Assembly: GCA_054600435.1 (NCBI GenBank)
Contig: BAAIJX010000002.1
Span: forward strand, 682,001-746,000
Direction of reading: 5' to 3'
Source: Neophaeotheca triangularis
Taxonomy: Eukaryota
Length of the DNA stretch: 64,000 nt
Position numbers and translations under genes: made by a program. Under the pieces are notes generated by a model that worked only from the letters and a program-made list of their open reading frames with translations, was not told the DNA's origin and ran no database searches. This document shows positions 22,921 through 35,468 of this stretch, one piece after another. Numbering within the stretch: position 1 is the first letter of the stretch; the number at the start of each line of letters is the position of its first letter.

Positions 22921-23886
22921 CAGGGCCGTTTTCCAGAAGCGGACGAGGGAGACGGCAGGCGAATCCGCTGGCTTCAGAGCCGTCTTTTCCCTGAGTATGG
23001 CCCATCGATCAAATGATCAAGTGCTCGCTAGGGTGCCAACATGGAGGCCCCGAAGACGAAGCACCCCGCTTGTATTGTGTGACAGTATTCGGGCGGGCGT
23101 TTTCATTCTTGCTAGCCTGATCATGGCTCGGGAATCCCAAAGTCGTCGGTCCTCCTTTGCTGAAATACGATAGCTAAGTCAAGCTTCTTGTTGATCCTTC
23201 AGAGCTTTAAAGTGCACACACTGCTATGGTATTGTGACAAAGTTGCGCTTCACAGACAATGTCCATTGTTCACCTACAGTCTAACGCTCTACTGATATAG
23301 ATATAGTCATTCGTAAATCGAATCCGAATCCCGAACATGGTAGCTTTATTATTCTGTAGGTCTGAGCTTTCCTACCGCCCGCTAGAGCGCAAAGCGCTGC
23401 AGCCAACCAGAGCGTCGCTCCGAAAGGCCCCACTTACTTTGACCAAACCTCACCTTCCCACCCTCACCCTCACCCTCGAGTGACCTTACGCGACTTCTAA
23501 CAAACAAAACACGTGTTTGTCAAGTACACCATCTTAGACTCACAATCACTCGGAGCTATTAATGCTTTACGCTTACAGTGCTGGCCCTGGACACGACTAT
23601 CCTGTTCATAGAAGCGAGACGTATGTTTGCGCGTACTAGCAGAGCACAATGGTGTACAAACGCACCATGCCGCGAGGTACTACTATCCATGGATGTACCT
23701 GTGTCCCATCACTAGTAAGTTGCTTGCCGTATCATGGCAGGCGTACTGGGTCAAGCGCTCTGTCTGTCGACCAGCAGTGCTCGCGCAACCTCATCTCCAC
23801 CTTTGATCTCTTCTTCCACATGTCCCTCAAAGACAGCATTCAATGTCTCATAGGCAGAAGAATAATCAAGAACGATCCAAGGAAGA

Positions 23887-25317
23887 ATGCATCCGTTGTT
23901 CTGGAAGACATTGACTGCATTTCTAGCCCTACTCATCCTGGTGCAGCAAGTCAGCGAGCTGGATGGCTACCATTTAGCCCCGACGTGTCCGTATGGTCCG
24001 CCGACTGGCCATCTCGCAAGAACGCGATACCAAGACAGTTCCGGCAACCCTCTACAATGGAGTTACGAGTGGGAACGAGATCGCAACGACCAGACTCTCA
24101 CCAAGGAGCAATGTGACGTAGCCTTTCCGGCGCTCTATCACAGCATTGACCGCAGCGTCGACTACTGGCGTAAACGCAACCTTACCTCTGGGAGTATACG
24201 AATTGCCGATAAGAATGAAGCGGGCATAACTATCCTCCTCCACGATCAAAAGCTCCGCATCGCCGAGACGAAAGGCCTGGCTCGGCCGGATTTCCGGGAA
24301 CGCATGGTAGCCGTTCTGCATCAGCTGTACCGGACGGTATTGACCGCAACAGCCATTGGCGAGCCTCTTCCTGATATGGAGTTTAGCATAACGGTGGATG
24401 ACATCCCCCATCTTCCAGATGGTGGCGATTACGCCGTCTGGGCTTTTACTCGCGATATGACGGATCCTGACGATGAGGCGGTGTGGTTGATTCCCGATTT
24501 CAATTTTCTTGCTGCGCCACGTGCTAAGAAGACTTTCCAAGAGATGCAGGCGCTGGCGCGGATGAATGATGGACCGCTTTCGAACAAATTGCCGCAAGTG
24601 GTATGGAGGGGTGTCCGGTGGACCAACGAGAGAATCCGTGGCGCCATGATCTCGGCGGTTGAGGGCAAAGAATGGGCAGACGTCAGGGTAGGTCATGGTT
24701 TCGCCACTATGCTTGAAAAATTGCGAGGCAAGTGATCCTCTTCGAGCGACGCTAAAAAACACCAATCAGGACATCGACTGGAGCGACCAAACCCAAGTCA
24801 TGCGCATGGAAGACTACTGCCGCTACAATTTCGTCCTCAACACCGAAGGCCATAGCTGGTCCAGCCGCATGCTCTACATTCTCAATTGCGACTCCCTACC
24901 CATAATCCACGAGCTGAGCTGGGACGCCCACTTCTACCATCTACTCGAAGCAAACGTCAATTATATTCCGGTGGCCAACAACTTCTCGAACCTGGAAGAA
25001 CAGGTCTTGTACTACACCGCTCATAAAGAGGAGGCGCAAGAGATTGCCGATAATGCGAGAGCGCTGTTCAGAGAGCGATACCTCACTCCTGCTGCCACGG
25101 CTTGTTACTGGCGGAGACTTTTGCGGAGTTGGCGCGATGTCGCTTTTGAGCCTGAGGTTTGGGAGGTTTGGGATGGGAAGGGTGAGAATGTTTCGAGCGT
25201 TAGGGGCACGCCGTTTGAGCATTTCATGTATGGTTTTTTCGTTGAACCCCCGTGCGATGAATCTTGGCTAATGGATGCAGTTTCGATGATCGCAGCGACG
25301 TATCCCGGGCGACGTAG
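23887..25317 (+). CDS. Glycosyltransferase family 90 (CAP10-like); intron 24688-24769 and probable intron 25228-25280
   Basis: N-terminal signal anchor, EQCDVAFPALY, WLIPDF, VVWRG, EDYCRYNFVLNTEGHSWSSR, RERYLTPAATACYWRRL; start and last exon uncertain. Confidence 0.85.
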
Positions 25318-27458
25318 ATTGTGAAGACATTCAATCGGGTTTGACGAGCTTCGGCACCGTTATCGAACCTAGGGACTGTTGTGGCCTGGGTGATGGCCAG
25401 TTTCGAAGCAAATACTATGTACACGCCAGTTCGAATGCAGCTTTTTGGCAAGTGTACCATCACCGCGCCACACCTACATTGACTGCACTACATGTCAACT
25501 ATCGACGGTGGCAGGGGATGGAAGACCTGATAAAGACGGTCTTTCGACGCTAAAGGAGAGGTCCATCAACGTTTAGGTCAATCATCCCACTGCCATGCCT
25601 AGTATGCATGGTCTCCGCCGCAAGAGTCAGCCTGGCAGCAAACTCAACTTCTGTTTCTTATACAGTCATCGCAAGTCGAGAAGAAGACGTAATGTCGGTG
25701 TGGTGGCTAAACTTGATGAGAAGTTCGGCCCTCAGTAACGACTTGGGCCCCGGTAGTAACATCGATCAAGGCAACGCAACGCAATCCGACTCGTAAGCCA
25801 TCCTCCATGGTAAGTGAGTGACGCCCTTTTTCATAGCCACTTGCCTACTCGTTGTCGGCCCACGCGTTCCATCGATCTTGACCTCCTTGACAAACTCATA
25901 CCACCACATTCCAAGCACCTGCATACCACCCAACGTCCACATCAAACTCAAACCAAGCGACCCAGGCGAAGCCCATTGACATCTATCGACCGCCAAACAA
26001 CTCCTCAAACAACTACCCATCACCCACTCAGCCTGCCTTCCATCCGCTAATCCACCCACTCACTCCAACCAAACGTCCAAACCAACCCCTCCAACCCAAT
26101 CCCAAACTAAAGCTCCAATGGCCCGTGGAGATTTCATCCAATTCTTTCCCTCACCCTCCCACTTCGACAAATCCAAACCTCAACCCTTCCAACCAACCTT
26201 TCCAGCCGAGCAACCCCCAAAAGCAGACAAACCCGCTAAACCAGCCCAACCGGCCAAGGCAAAACCCAAACCCATCGACAAAAAACCCCACCCCCAACCC
26301 CCCAAGCCCAACCACCCGCAACCCCAACCCTCCTCACCGCCAACATCCCCAAAACCCAGAAAAAGAAAACCGCCACCAACACCGCCGCCATAATCGCCAC
26401 CATCACCCTCCAACCCCCCACCCAGCCCCCCTTTCCCCCCGAAACCCGCGAACAACCCCGCCCCCAGGACCCCGAAACCCCAGCACCCCTTCCACCCCAC
26501 CCGCTCACACTCTCCCACAGCCCCCACCCGACCCCACCACCCGCCAACACAACCCATCATCACCGACCGCACCCCAGCGATGCCGCAACCGGGGCCCCTG
26601 GGTTTCGGCCTCTACTTGCGAGACGGTCGCGGTCGCGGTCGCGGCAGGTTCGTGGCTTGTGTGTGGAGTCTCGACGACGACGACGACGACGACGACGGAG
26701 ACGGAGACTGAGTTGCTCACGGTAGATAGATATGTCGGGGTTGGGGTTGGAACTGGTGGAGGGAGAGTTTCCATTCAAGCTTTTGCGAGTTTCTTTTTTT
26801 TTTTTTTTTTGGTTCGGTCTGAAGCCTGCGGCATTTCGGGGCGCTGGGATGGTTGCTTGGTTGGTTTTGAGGGCTTTTGTTCTTTTTTTTTTTTTTTGGT
26901 TACGGGGGCATGTGGTGTGGGAGGAGTGGCGTTGGGGTTCGGTGTGAGTGAGTGGGTGCATGGGGAGCGCTTGTTTGTGTGCTGGCGAGTGCATACTGGA
27001 TATATTGGTAGCGTTCCCAAGCTCAAGGTTGTCGAGATTTCAGGGGCCAAGGGGTTCTTGGTGTTACTTACGATGTGGTTGCGATTTAGGAACAGGAAGT
27101 TCGAGAAGGCGATATGATGTAGGGCAAATGTGGTCGTTCACTTTCATTTGTTGTTCCATACTAAGCTATCGTGTTCGACTGACTATTACTACGAACCATA
27201 TCAATGATGTAGTTCATTGGGGAAGTACTACATTTTTGCCCACAAGCACGCCTTGTAAAAGGAAAAGCCAGGCAATAAAAGCCTGTTCCGTCCCCCCCTT
27301 TCTGTTTCCTTAAGACTTCCAATCTTTGTAAACTCGGATCACAACCGCCTCGAATACAAAAGAGACCTCTTCACCATTGATCGTATCCAACCGGCCCTGC
27401 CAGTTCCGGACCTCCAATCTCAAGCACCCCTGCGAACCTCAGCAACTTTCCAATCTCT

Positions 27459-30400
27459 TTAGGCGCCCATAGCCTCCCACGCCCCCTCATCCCCCTCCTC
27501 CTCCCCCTCAACACCAATCCCACTATCCACCATCCTCTTTCCCTTCTTCCCTTTCGCACCCAGGACCCCCGACTTCCTAACCGCCTTCTTGCTGGCCTTG
27601 GAACTACTCGTCGTAGTCGTAGTAGTAGTAGTAGTAGTAGTCATAGCCCTCAATTCGCCAACCGCATCCATAGCCTCCACAGCCTCGAGCGCCTCCCGGC
27701 CTTCAGCAACAACAGCATCGCCATCCGCACCCGCCGCGGCCTGGAAAGCGCGAAGCTGAGATTGCAAATTCCCGATGAAACCGGAAGATCTACGGACGTA
27801 ATCCGCAAACCGCGCTTTCACGTCGGCATTCTCTTGCACCAACTTCTCAATACCTACCGAAGTAGTCTTTGTGGCTGTTTTCAACGTCTCCAGCTCCTCA
27901 TCCCTCGCCTCAAGGACTTCCTGCCAGCGCTCATCAGCCGCGCGAGCTTTGTCTTCGACGATGAGGATCTTGTCCTGCTTGTCGCGGATCGTGGCGTGCA
28001 GAGCGTCGATCTCGATGGATTTTTCGTTTTGCAATTGAAGCATTTGCTCGGCTTCTTGCTCGACGCGGCGCTCGAGGCCGCGTTTTTGGATTTCCAGCTC
28101 GGAGACTTGGGCGGTGAGGTCGGTGGCTTGGGCCATCAGATCGACGATACTGGCGTCGCGGTCGGCGATGGTGTTGGTGTGGACGTTCGAAGCGGTTTCG
28201 GCCGCAGCGTGGAGGGAAGTGATGGTGGCTTCGTGCTCGGTGATGGTGGTTTCGAGAGCTGTGATGGAGGCGCGGAGGGTGGTTGCTAGCTCGTCGCTGG
28301 TGGCCAGTTGGTCGTTCAATCGCTTCTCGGCCTCGGTGAGGGAGGTTTGTAGGTCTAATATCTCGGCGTCGCGAGCGTCGAGGGCGGTTTCAAGTTCGCG
28401 GATTCGGGCGTCGCGGTCGGCCAGGTCGGCGCGCATGGTTTGTTCGAGTTCGATGAGCTTGGTCTCGAGTTCGAGAATGGTAGCAGCGTGATTCTTGGCG
28501 AGATGCTCTGCCGCCTCACGCCTGGCAACCTCATCGGCGATGTCGGACTGGTATTGCTCATCGCGTTCCGAGGCGGCGGATTCGAGTGCCGTGATTTGCT
28601 GGGTGTTCTTTTGCTGCACTTCGAAAAGCTTGCTTCGCAGCTCGTTGGCCTCTTTGCCGTGAGCGTGGAGCTTCTTGTTAAGCTCATCGATTTGCACGTT
28701 GCGGTCGTCGAGGTCATTTTCAGCAGCCTCACGCTGGTTGCGCTCAGATTCGTTCATCCCACGAAGCGTCTCGAGCTGGTTTGTGAGATCCTCAAGCTCG
28801 TCCTCCAATCGACCAACGCGAGTCTCGAGGTTCTCAGTCTCGACGGTCTTCTCTTCAAGGTTGGTCTCGAGAGTCTCGCGAGTGTCGCGCTCGGTATTGA
28901 GGTCGGTCTTCACGGTGACGAGCTCGCCGGTCAAGTCCTCACGCTCCTTGGAGAGCTCTTCAATCTTGATCTCGAGCTCGGTGATGGTCGCTTGACGCTC
29001 ATCAGACTGCTTCTCAGCCTCACCACGGTGAGTAATCTCCGTGTCAAGCGCCTCCTCAAGCTCGCGAACAGTCTTTTCGCGCTCCTCATTCATCATGGTA
29101 ATGGTAGTAGCGTGGTCCTTCTCCATCTTGGTGATGATTTGAGTAAGGCGCGTCTCCTCGGCACGGTACCCTTCAAGAGACTCCTTAAGCCTTTCGACGC
29201 TGGCAGTGAGGTCACGGTTCTCGAGCTGTAGATCGTTGTACTGGGTAGTATTCTCGTCCAGCTCTTTCTGCAAGTCGTCCCTCTCGTCTTGAATCTTTTG
29301 AAGGTGGTCATCGATTTCGTCCAACTCGCGTTCCTTATTTTCGTTGGACTGATCGAGCTCCTTCCACTGCTGCTCGAGCTTAGTGAGGTGGATCTCGGAG
29401 TCTGCAAGTCGGTTGAGGAGAGTGTTGACTTGGTTGCTAAGATCGCTCACTAGTGAGCTCTTTTCCACGAGCTCCTTATCCTGGCCGCGTAGGCGCTCGG
29501 CAAACTCCTGAACGTTGGCGATGAGGATTTCGAGTATCTCCGAGTTGCTCGCCGAATCAGGCATGCTCTCGGGGAGGATCATCTCTAGGCGTTCGCGAAC
29601 GCTGGAGAACGATTCGCGAATGCTCTCGAGTACGTACTCGTTGGTGGCGTCTGCGCCAGCGAAACCAAGGGATTGCAGCTCGATGGTGAGGATGCGGAGC
29701 GCGGTTTTCGCATCATTCGCTTCGGTGCTGAGTGCCATGATGGCGTCCTCGAAGCGCCTGCGCTCTTCATCCCACTGGGAAACAGCCATCGACATGCGTG
29801 GCTCGCGAATGGTCTGCGAGTTAGTCTCCTGCTTGGTAGTGATGACACCCGTCTGCGAGCGCTGTCCGTTACCCATTGGCGTCTCGGGCTCTACGGGCAG
29901 TTGTGGGTAGGTGATGTGATCCTCCTGGCTGTCGAGGACTAGCATGTCATCCATGTCCATGTCGACGTCCTCGCCCCTCTTCACCAACGATCCCTTCAAA
30001 CCAGCAACTTCCCTTTTGAGCGCGGCAATCTCCTGAGTCTTCTCCGTCTCGTCGCTCATGTCGATGCCCCTCTGCCTCTGCGACTCAAGCTCGAGTGCCA
30101 GCTCGCGAATGCGGGTCTCCTTCTGAGCAGTCTCGACACGCAATTCCTCCAGCTCCTTTTGTGTACGGCTGTCGCGCCTATCATGGGCCTCAATGTCGTT
30201 GAGCTCTTCACTCAAGTGGCTGCGGCGGAGACGGCGGCGCACGCGCTCTTCGAGGACTTCCCTTAGCGGAGCAAACTGCAACTCTTGAATGACAGTGGCA
30301 GCATCACGGTCGCCGAGGGAGAGGGTAGGCGGGAGCGACATGCGATGGGATGTGGTCCTGAAGCGTTTGCTGCCGTGACCCTCGCCCTCCATGCCAAAGC

Positions 30401-30899
30401 TAGGAGAGGCGGTGACGCGGCGCTTGACTGCCATCTTCTGCCGTGGGTGGGGAGTGATGTTGGTGGCCGTCGACTTCTCTTCTTCACCTTCAGCCCCAAA
30501 GTGAACGTGACGGGTGGTTGTAGTAGTGGTTGCAGGGTGAGCGACTTCAATTGTCTCGTTGGCGGCGCCTTCAGTCACCTCATCGTGGTCAACAGGGGCG
30601 GCACATGATGGGTCGACAGGGTCAAGCGCCGGCTGGTCGTCCAAAGCAGTGACTTGCTCGTCCTCTTCTACAATGACCTCCGGCTCAGCTTGAGACGACG
30701 TGTTTTTGGCAGGTCTGCCTCTTTTGGGGCGCTTGGCGGGGTTGGAAGCCAGTCCGCTCTGGCTGCTGGAGGGTCTCTCGGAAGCAACAGATTCGGCTTC
30801 AGAGCTGGCTCTTCTCTTCCTCGTGCGTTGTTGCGGTCTTGTCTGAGGAAGCGGTTGGCTCGAGCTAGGAGGTTGCGCCTTTGACTTTTTGGGAGCCAT
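27459..30899 (-). CDS. Large coiled-coil protein with basic N-terminus and AT-hook-like motif; function unknown
   Basis: 1146-aa intron-less ORF; KRGRP motif, LQFAPLREVLEERVRRRLRRSHLSEELN block, roughly 650 aa of heptad-rich E/L/K sequence. Confidence 0.85.
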   Translation of the reverse strand: MAPKKSKAQPPSSSQPLPQTRPQQRTRKRRASSEAESVASERPSSSQSGLASNPAKRPKRGRPAKNTSSQAEPEVIVEEDEQVTALDDQPALDPVDPSCAAPVDHDEVTEGAANETIEVAHPATTTTTTRHVHFGAEGEEEKSTATNITPHPRQKMAVKRRVTASPSFGMEGEGHGSKRFRTTSHRMSLPPTLSLGDRDAATVIQELQFAPLREVLEERVRRRLRRSHLSEELNDIEAHDRRDSRTQKELEELRVETAQKETRIRELALELESQRQRGIDMSDETEKTQEIAALKREVAGLKGSLVKRGEDVDMDMDDMLVLDSQEDHITYPQLPVEPETPMGNGQRSQTGVITTKQETNSQTIREPRMSMAVSQWDEERRRFEDAIMALSTEANDAKTALRILTIELQSLGFAGADATNEYVLESIRESFSSVRERLEMILPESMPDSASNSEILEILIANVQEFAERLRGQDKELVEKSSLVSDLSNQVNTLLNRLADSEIHLTKLEQQWKELDQSNENKERELDEIDDHLQKIQDERDDLQKELDENTTQYNDLQLENRDLTASVERLKESLEGYRAEETRLTQIITKMEKDHATTITMMNEEREKTVRELEEALDTEITHRGEAEKQSDERQATITELEIKIEELSKEREDLTGELVTVKTDLNTERDTRETLETNLEEKTVETENLETRVGRLEDELEDLTNQLETLRGMNESERNQREAAENDLDDRNVQIDELNKKLHAHGKEANELRSKLFEVQQKNTQQITALESAASERDEQYQSDIADEVARREAAEHLAKNHAATILELETKLIELEQTMRADLADRDARIRELETALDARDAEILDLQTSLTEAEKRLNDQLATSDELATTLRASITALETTITEHEATITSLHAAAETASNVHTNTIADRDASIVDLMAQATDLTAQVSELEIQKRGLERRVEQEAEQMLQLQNEKSIEIDALHATIRDKQDKILIVEDKARAADERWQEVLEARDEELETLKTATKTTSVGIEKLVQENADVKARFADYVRRSSGFIGNLQSQLRAFQAAAGADGDAVVAEGREALEAVEAMDAVGELRAMTTTTTTTTTTTSSSKASKKAVRKSGVLGAKGKKGKRMVDSGIGVEGEEEGDEGAWEAMGA

Positions 30900-32456
30900 G
30901 TTCGCCGGCGGTGGGTGTGTGTGATAGCAAGTATACTTTCAGCAAGGTTGATGAAGCAACAAAAGACCAGCTATGGTACTGTAGAGTTGAGTGTGTAAGG
31001 TATGTGTAGAGAGAGATGGGGGAAGAGATGGAGAGTGAGACGGAGAGAGAAAGAAGTAAGTGCGAGGCAGTCTCTTCTTCTTCGACGGTGGGAGTTGTTG
31101 GTAGTTGTCGTCGTCGTGGGTGTTGCTAGCTGCATGAGATCGGGAGAGGCTGGGCTTTGGTGTGGAAAGTCAAAACGCTATGACGGTATCGCGTCTAATA
31201 GCTAACCTTACGTGACTACGGACAGGTAAGGTAAACGACGATCACCCTTTACATTCGTTCCAATTCACCCGTCTCTTATTATTATGGTTAGTCTTATTTC
31301 CGCTTCAACACACGACCAACCACTAACCACCAACCACTGCTGACGTTGACATGGAAAGTGACACTTGCTAACCGCATCCATTCCACACGTCCTACTGCTT
31401 CTAGCCACCTTCCAACGTTCTGATCTGAACCATGTAGGAGAGACAGCTCGACACCACTTCTAATTTTGGCAAGCCCATCGCTCCGCCAACGCTTAAAATC
31501 ATTGAACAATGGTAGATCGCATCCATATCCACACAAGACCCTGGCATCGGGTCGCACATGCACACCAATCGCAACGACGAGACAATGCTATATGTGCTCT
31601 CAAGACATGTTCCATGAGCTCACTACCCGGTCCCAGCTGTACTTTCTACATCATAGCAACATCTTCTTGTCCTAGACGCTGCCTAACTTCAGAAGTCCAG
31701 AGTTGGAAGGTAGTAAGATGTCGCCTCTAATAGTCGCCTACTCGACCTTTCCTCATCTCTATTATCCATCAGGTCCGGTCGCTACAATGATGATCCAGCT
31801 CCTCTTTTTACACAGGAAAAGTATGGCACCCGTCCAATCTTGCAAGCTGTACTCACAAGCCGGCTCGGCGACGCCATACTTCTTCCTCTACCGCCTTTTC
31901 TTCTCCGTCGTTCTAACAAACTGTCTTGTCAAACATTGTCTCAAGAATGGAGTGGCGTTCCTGATCCTCTTTCGTCAGTCACCTGCACGCAGGACGAGAG
32001 CCCCTCTGACCAGCACGCCAGCTCTTCGCCACGCACTGTACGAATGCAAGCATGCGTAAGGCCACCGCAACCTTGTGGGGCGCGTCCAAGTAATGGGATC
32101 CTTTTTCACAGCATGCTGGAAACTACGCACACCTCGACTGCACAGATTGGCGTTGTTTGTAGGCTCTTCCGCCTTTCCAACTTTTTCTCCCCCTCGAGCT
32201 CTCAGGAGGATGCAGTGGTAGAGTCGCAATGACGGGTGTAGGTACAGAATTTAATGAGATTCTTCCCTCGCTTGTTGGGATAGATTGCGCTTGATGTCCC
32301 TTCTCGTCTATCTCAACTTGAGGTCACAAAAATCCTAGGTAGTGTTAACAATCTGCTTCTCTATCTGAGGCTCGCGAGAGGCTCTAGACCTCCGCTCTCC
32401 GCAATTATGATATGCCAAGGCTGATGCGGCTCAAATGCGCACGGACAGTTTTGCAG

Positions 32457-32521
32457 CAGAAGCTTCTAGGTAGGAAATGCAATGGAAGCTTTAGATTCGG
32501 ATTCCAGCAACTTCTACGAAA
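32457..32521 (+). promoter_or_regulatory. Heat-shock-element-like nGAAn/nTTCn arrays upstream of hsp90
   Basis: GAAgcTTC at 32459, GAAgcTTt at about 32485, TTCcaGcAacTTC at 32502; location fits HSF regulation of Hsp90. Confidence 0.55.
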
Positions 32522-32880
32522 GCCGACTTTTTGCCCACCTGTTTGCCTCGCCCTTGACCACCGACCAATACTTAAACTCTTCCTCTCCTCACCCACCACA
32601 ACCCCAATCTGTACGTATCTCCCTCATCAACAACCACACACCTCCCTCCAAAAGCATCTCCTCTTGTGATACCCGACTTAACCGTCACTCCCACCCTCAC
32701 CTACACTTGACGTGATTCAGACTCTTCCCGTTTGGGTATTGAGCTGTAAGACATCTCTATCGGTGCCTGGAGCAAATCTCTGCATTCCGTCTCTGAACAT
32801 TACTGACAAGCCTCTCTCCCATCAGACGCACTTTAACGAACATCACCCACCCCTTTTAATATCCGACCTACACCGCAACC

Positions 32881-34989
32881 ATGGCCGAGACCTTCGAGTT
32901 CCAGGCTGAAATCTCTCAGCTGCTCTCCCTCATCATCAACACCGTCTACTCCAACAAGGAGATCTTCCTCAGAGAACTCATCTCCAACTGCTCAGACGCT
33001 CTCGACAAGATCAGATATGAGGCCCTTTCAGACCCCAGCAAGCTCGACTCGGGCAAGGACCTCCGCATCGACATCATCCCCGACAAGGAGAACAAGACCC
33101 TTACCATCCGCGACACCGGTATCGGTATGACCAAGGCTGACCTTGTCAACAACCTCGGTACCATCGCTCGCTCCGGTACCAAGCAGTTCATGGAGGCTTT
33201 GTCGGCCGGCGCTGACATCTCCATGATCGGTCAATTTGGTGTTGGTTTCTACTCCGCCTACCTCGTTGCCGACAGAGTCACTGTCGTCTCCAAGCACAAC
33301 GACGATGAGCAGTACATCTGGCAGTCTGCTGCCGGTGGCACCTTCAGCATCGCCCAGGACACCGAGGGCGAGCAGCTTGGCCGCGGCACCAAGATGATCC
33401 TTCACCTCAAGGACGAGCAGACCGACTACTTGAACGAGAGCAAGATCAAGGAGGTCGTCAAGAAGCACTCCGAGTTCATCTCTTACCCCATCTACCTCCA
33501 CGTCCTGAAGGAGACCGAGACCGAGGTCCCCGACGAGGAGGCCAAAGAGGAAGAGGAGGACTCTGAGAAGAAGGCCAAGATTGAGGAGGTCGACGAGGAC
33601 GACGAGGGCAAGGAGAAGGAGAAGAAGACCAAGAAGGTCAAGGAGAGCAAGATCGAGGAAGAGGAGCTGAACAAGACCAAGCCCATTTGGACTCGCGACC
33701 CCAAGGACATCTCGCAAGAGGAGTACGGCGCGTTTTACAAGTCACTCTCCAACGACTGGGAGGACCACCTCGGCGTCAAGCACTTTTCCGTTGAGGGTCA
33801 GCTCGAGTTCCGCGCCATCCTCTTCGTTCCCAAGCGCGCACCGTTTGACCTCTTCGAGACCAAGAAGACCAAGAACAACATCAAGCTCTACGTTCGCCGC
33901 GTCTTCATCACTGACGACGCCACCGACCTCATCCCCGAGTGGCTGTCTTTCGTCAAGGGTGTTGTCGATTCTGAGGACCTTCCCCTCAACCTGTCCCGTG
34001 AGACTCTGCAGCAGAACAAGATTATGAAGGTCATTCGCAAGAACATCGTCAAGAAGACCCTCGAGCTCTTCAACGAGATTGCCGAAGACAAGGAGCAGTT
34101 CGACAAGTTCTACTCCGCCTTCAGCAAGAACATCAAGCTCGGTATTCACGAGGACACCCAGAACCGCGGCCAGCTCGCCAAGCTGCTGCGCTTCAGCTCT
34201 ACCAAGTCTGGCGACGACATCACTTCGCTCCAGGACTACGTCACCCGCATGCCCGAGCACCAGAAGAACATGTACTACATCACCGGTGAGTCCCTCACTG
34301 CCGTCAAGAACTCGCCCTTCCTCGACGCCCTCAAGGCCAAGAACTTCGAGGTTCTCTTCCTTACCGACCCCATCGACGAGTACGCCTTCACCCAGCTCAA
34401 GGAGTTTGACGGCAAGAAGCTTGTCGACATCACCAAGGACTTCGAGCTCGAGGAGACTGAGGAGGAGAAGAAGGAGCGCGAGGCCGAGGAGAAGGAATAC
34501 GAAGGTCTCGCCAAGAGCTTGAAGAATGTGCTCGGCGAGAAGGTTGAGAAGGTCGTTGTCTCCCACAAGCTTGTCGGTGCCCCCTGCGCCATCCGTACCG
34601 GCCAATTCGGCTGGTCGGCCAACATGGAGCGCATTATGAAGGCTCAGGCCCTGCGCGACACCAGCATGTCGAGCTACATGAGCAGCAAGAAGACTTTCGA
34701 AATCTCCCCCAAGAGCCCCATCGTCAAGGAGCTGCGCAAGAAGGTCGAGGCCGACGGCGAGGGCGACCGCACCGTCAAGTCCATCACCATGCTACTGTAC
34801 GAGACCTCCCTCCTCGTTTCCGGTTTCACCATCGAGGAGCCCGCCGCCTACGCCGAGCGCATCCACAAGCTCGTCAGCCTGGGTCTCAATGTCGATGAGG
34901 ATGCTGAGACTGAGGCCGAGAGCAAAGAGGAGGCTGGCGCGCCTGCTTCCGAGGCCGCTGGCGAGAGCGCTATGGAGGAGGTCGACTAG
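32881..34989 (+). CDS. HSP90: Heat shock protein 90
   Basis: [45 protein letters not shown]-terminal MEEVD; strong codon bias. Confidence 0.99.
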   Translation: MAETFEFQAEISQLLSLIINTVYSNKEIFLRELISNCSDALDKIRYEALSDPSKLDSGKDLRIDIIPDKENKTLTIRDTGIGMTKADLVNNLGTIARSGTKQFMEALSAGADISMIGQFGVGFYSAYLVADRVTVVSKHNDDEQYIWQSAAGGTFSIAQDTEGEQLGRGTKMILHLKDEQTDYLNESKIKEVVKKHSEFISYPIYLHVLKETETEVPDEEAKEEEEDSEKKAKIEEVDEDDEGKEKEKKTKKVKESKIEEEELNKTKPIWTRDPKDISQEEYGAFYKSLSNDWEDHLGVKHFSVEGQLEFRAILFVPKRAPFDLFETKKTKNNIKLYVRRVFITDDATDLIPEWLSFVKGVVDSEDLPLNLSRETLQQNKIMKVIRKNIVKKTLELFNEIAEDKEQFDKFYSAFSKNIKLGIHEDTQNRGQLAKLLRFSSTKSGDDITSLQDYVTRMPEHQKNMYYITGESLTAVKNSPFLDALKAKNFEVLFLTDPIDEYAFTQLKEFDGKKLVDITKDFELEETEEEKKEREAEEKEYEGLAKSLKNVLGEKVEKVVVSHKLVGAPCAIRTGQFGWSANMERIMKAQALRDTSMSSYMSSKKTFEISPKSPIVKELRKKVEADGEGDRTVKSITMLLYETSLLVSGFTIEEPAAYAERIHKLVSLGLNVDEDAETEAESKEEAGAPASEAAGESAMEEVD

Positions 34990-35468
34990 ATTAGCTTCCT
35001 TGCGTAAGCTGGTCCTTTCTTCCTGCCTTGATTCTCCCTTAGTTCAGCGTGTGCTCTCGCGCGTTATGCATTATGGCTAGAGCTGGCGTTTACAGATTAT
35101 GGAACGCTACTTCTGCTACTGTTGCTGCTGCTTCCGGTGACGATGCGTGGGAGTGTAGCTTAAAGTTTTTCACTTATTTGTAGTAGTGTAACTATTATCA
35201 AATCTGTTACTGTCCAACAATGTATACTTTACTATCTCGTTGCTTCAGTTTTGTTGTAATCTTGTCAGTGCCTATTCTCGCCGAATAGCAGCTATCCCCA
35301 TCTCGGACTGCGATTTGGAGCCTTGCAGTATTACATACCTTACCCTGACGGGTACTGCCACTTAAAGGCAATCGATATTCCCTACGTGAATTCGAGCACA
35401 CCAAGAGCGTCTCGCAGAATTAGAAGGCATTGCTAGGCAAGTAGTCTAAAGACCAAGTCTGCGAGGAA

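Noticed and set aside
26125..27117. 330-aa ORF and overlapping antisense ORFs
   Set aside because: Non-ATG start, runs through poly-T tracts, and is explained by low-complexity skewed composition
33028..34634. Long antisense ORFs over hsp90 (also over the coiled-coil, Sac1 and syntaxin genes)
   Set aside because: Expected shadow ORFs from strong sense codon bias; no independent motifs
34987..35010. Readthrough-derived PTS1 extensions after the stops of hsp90, pho13 and the NmrA-like gene
   Set aside because: No TGA-CTA context and the extensions do not end in SKL-like tripeptides
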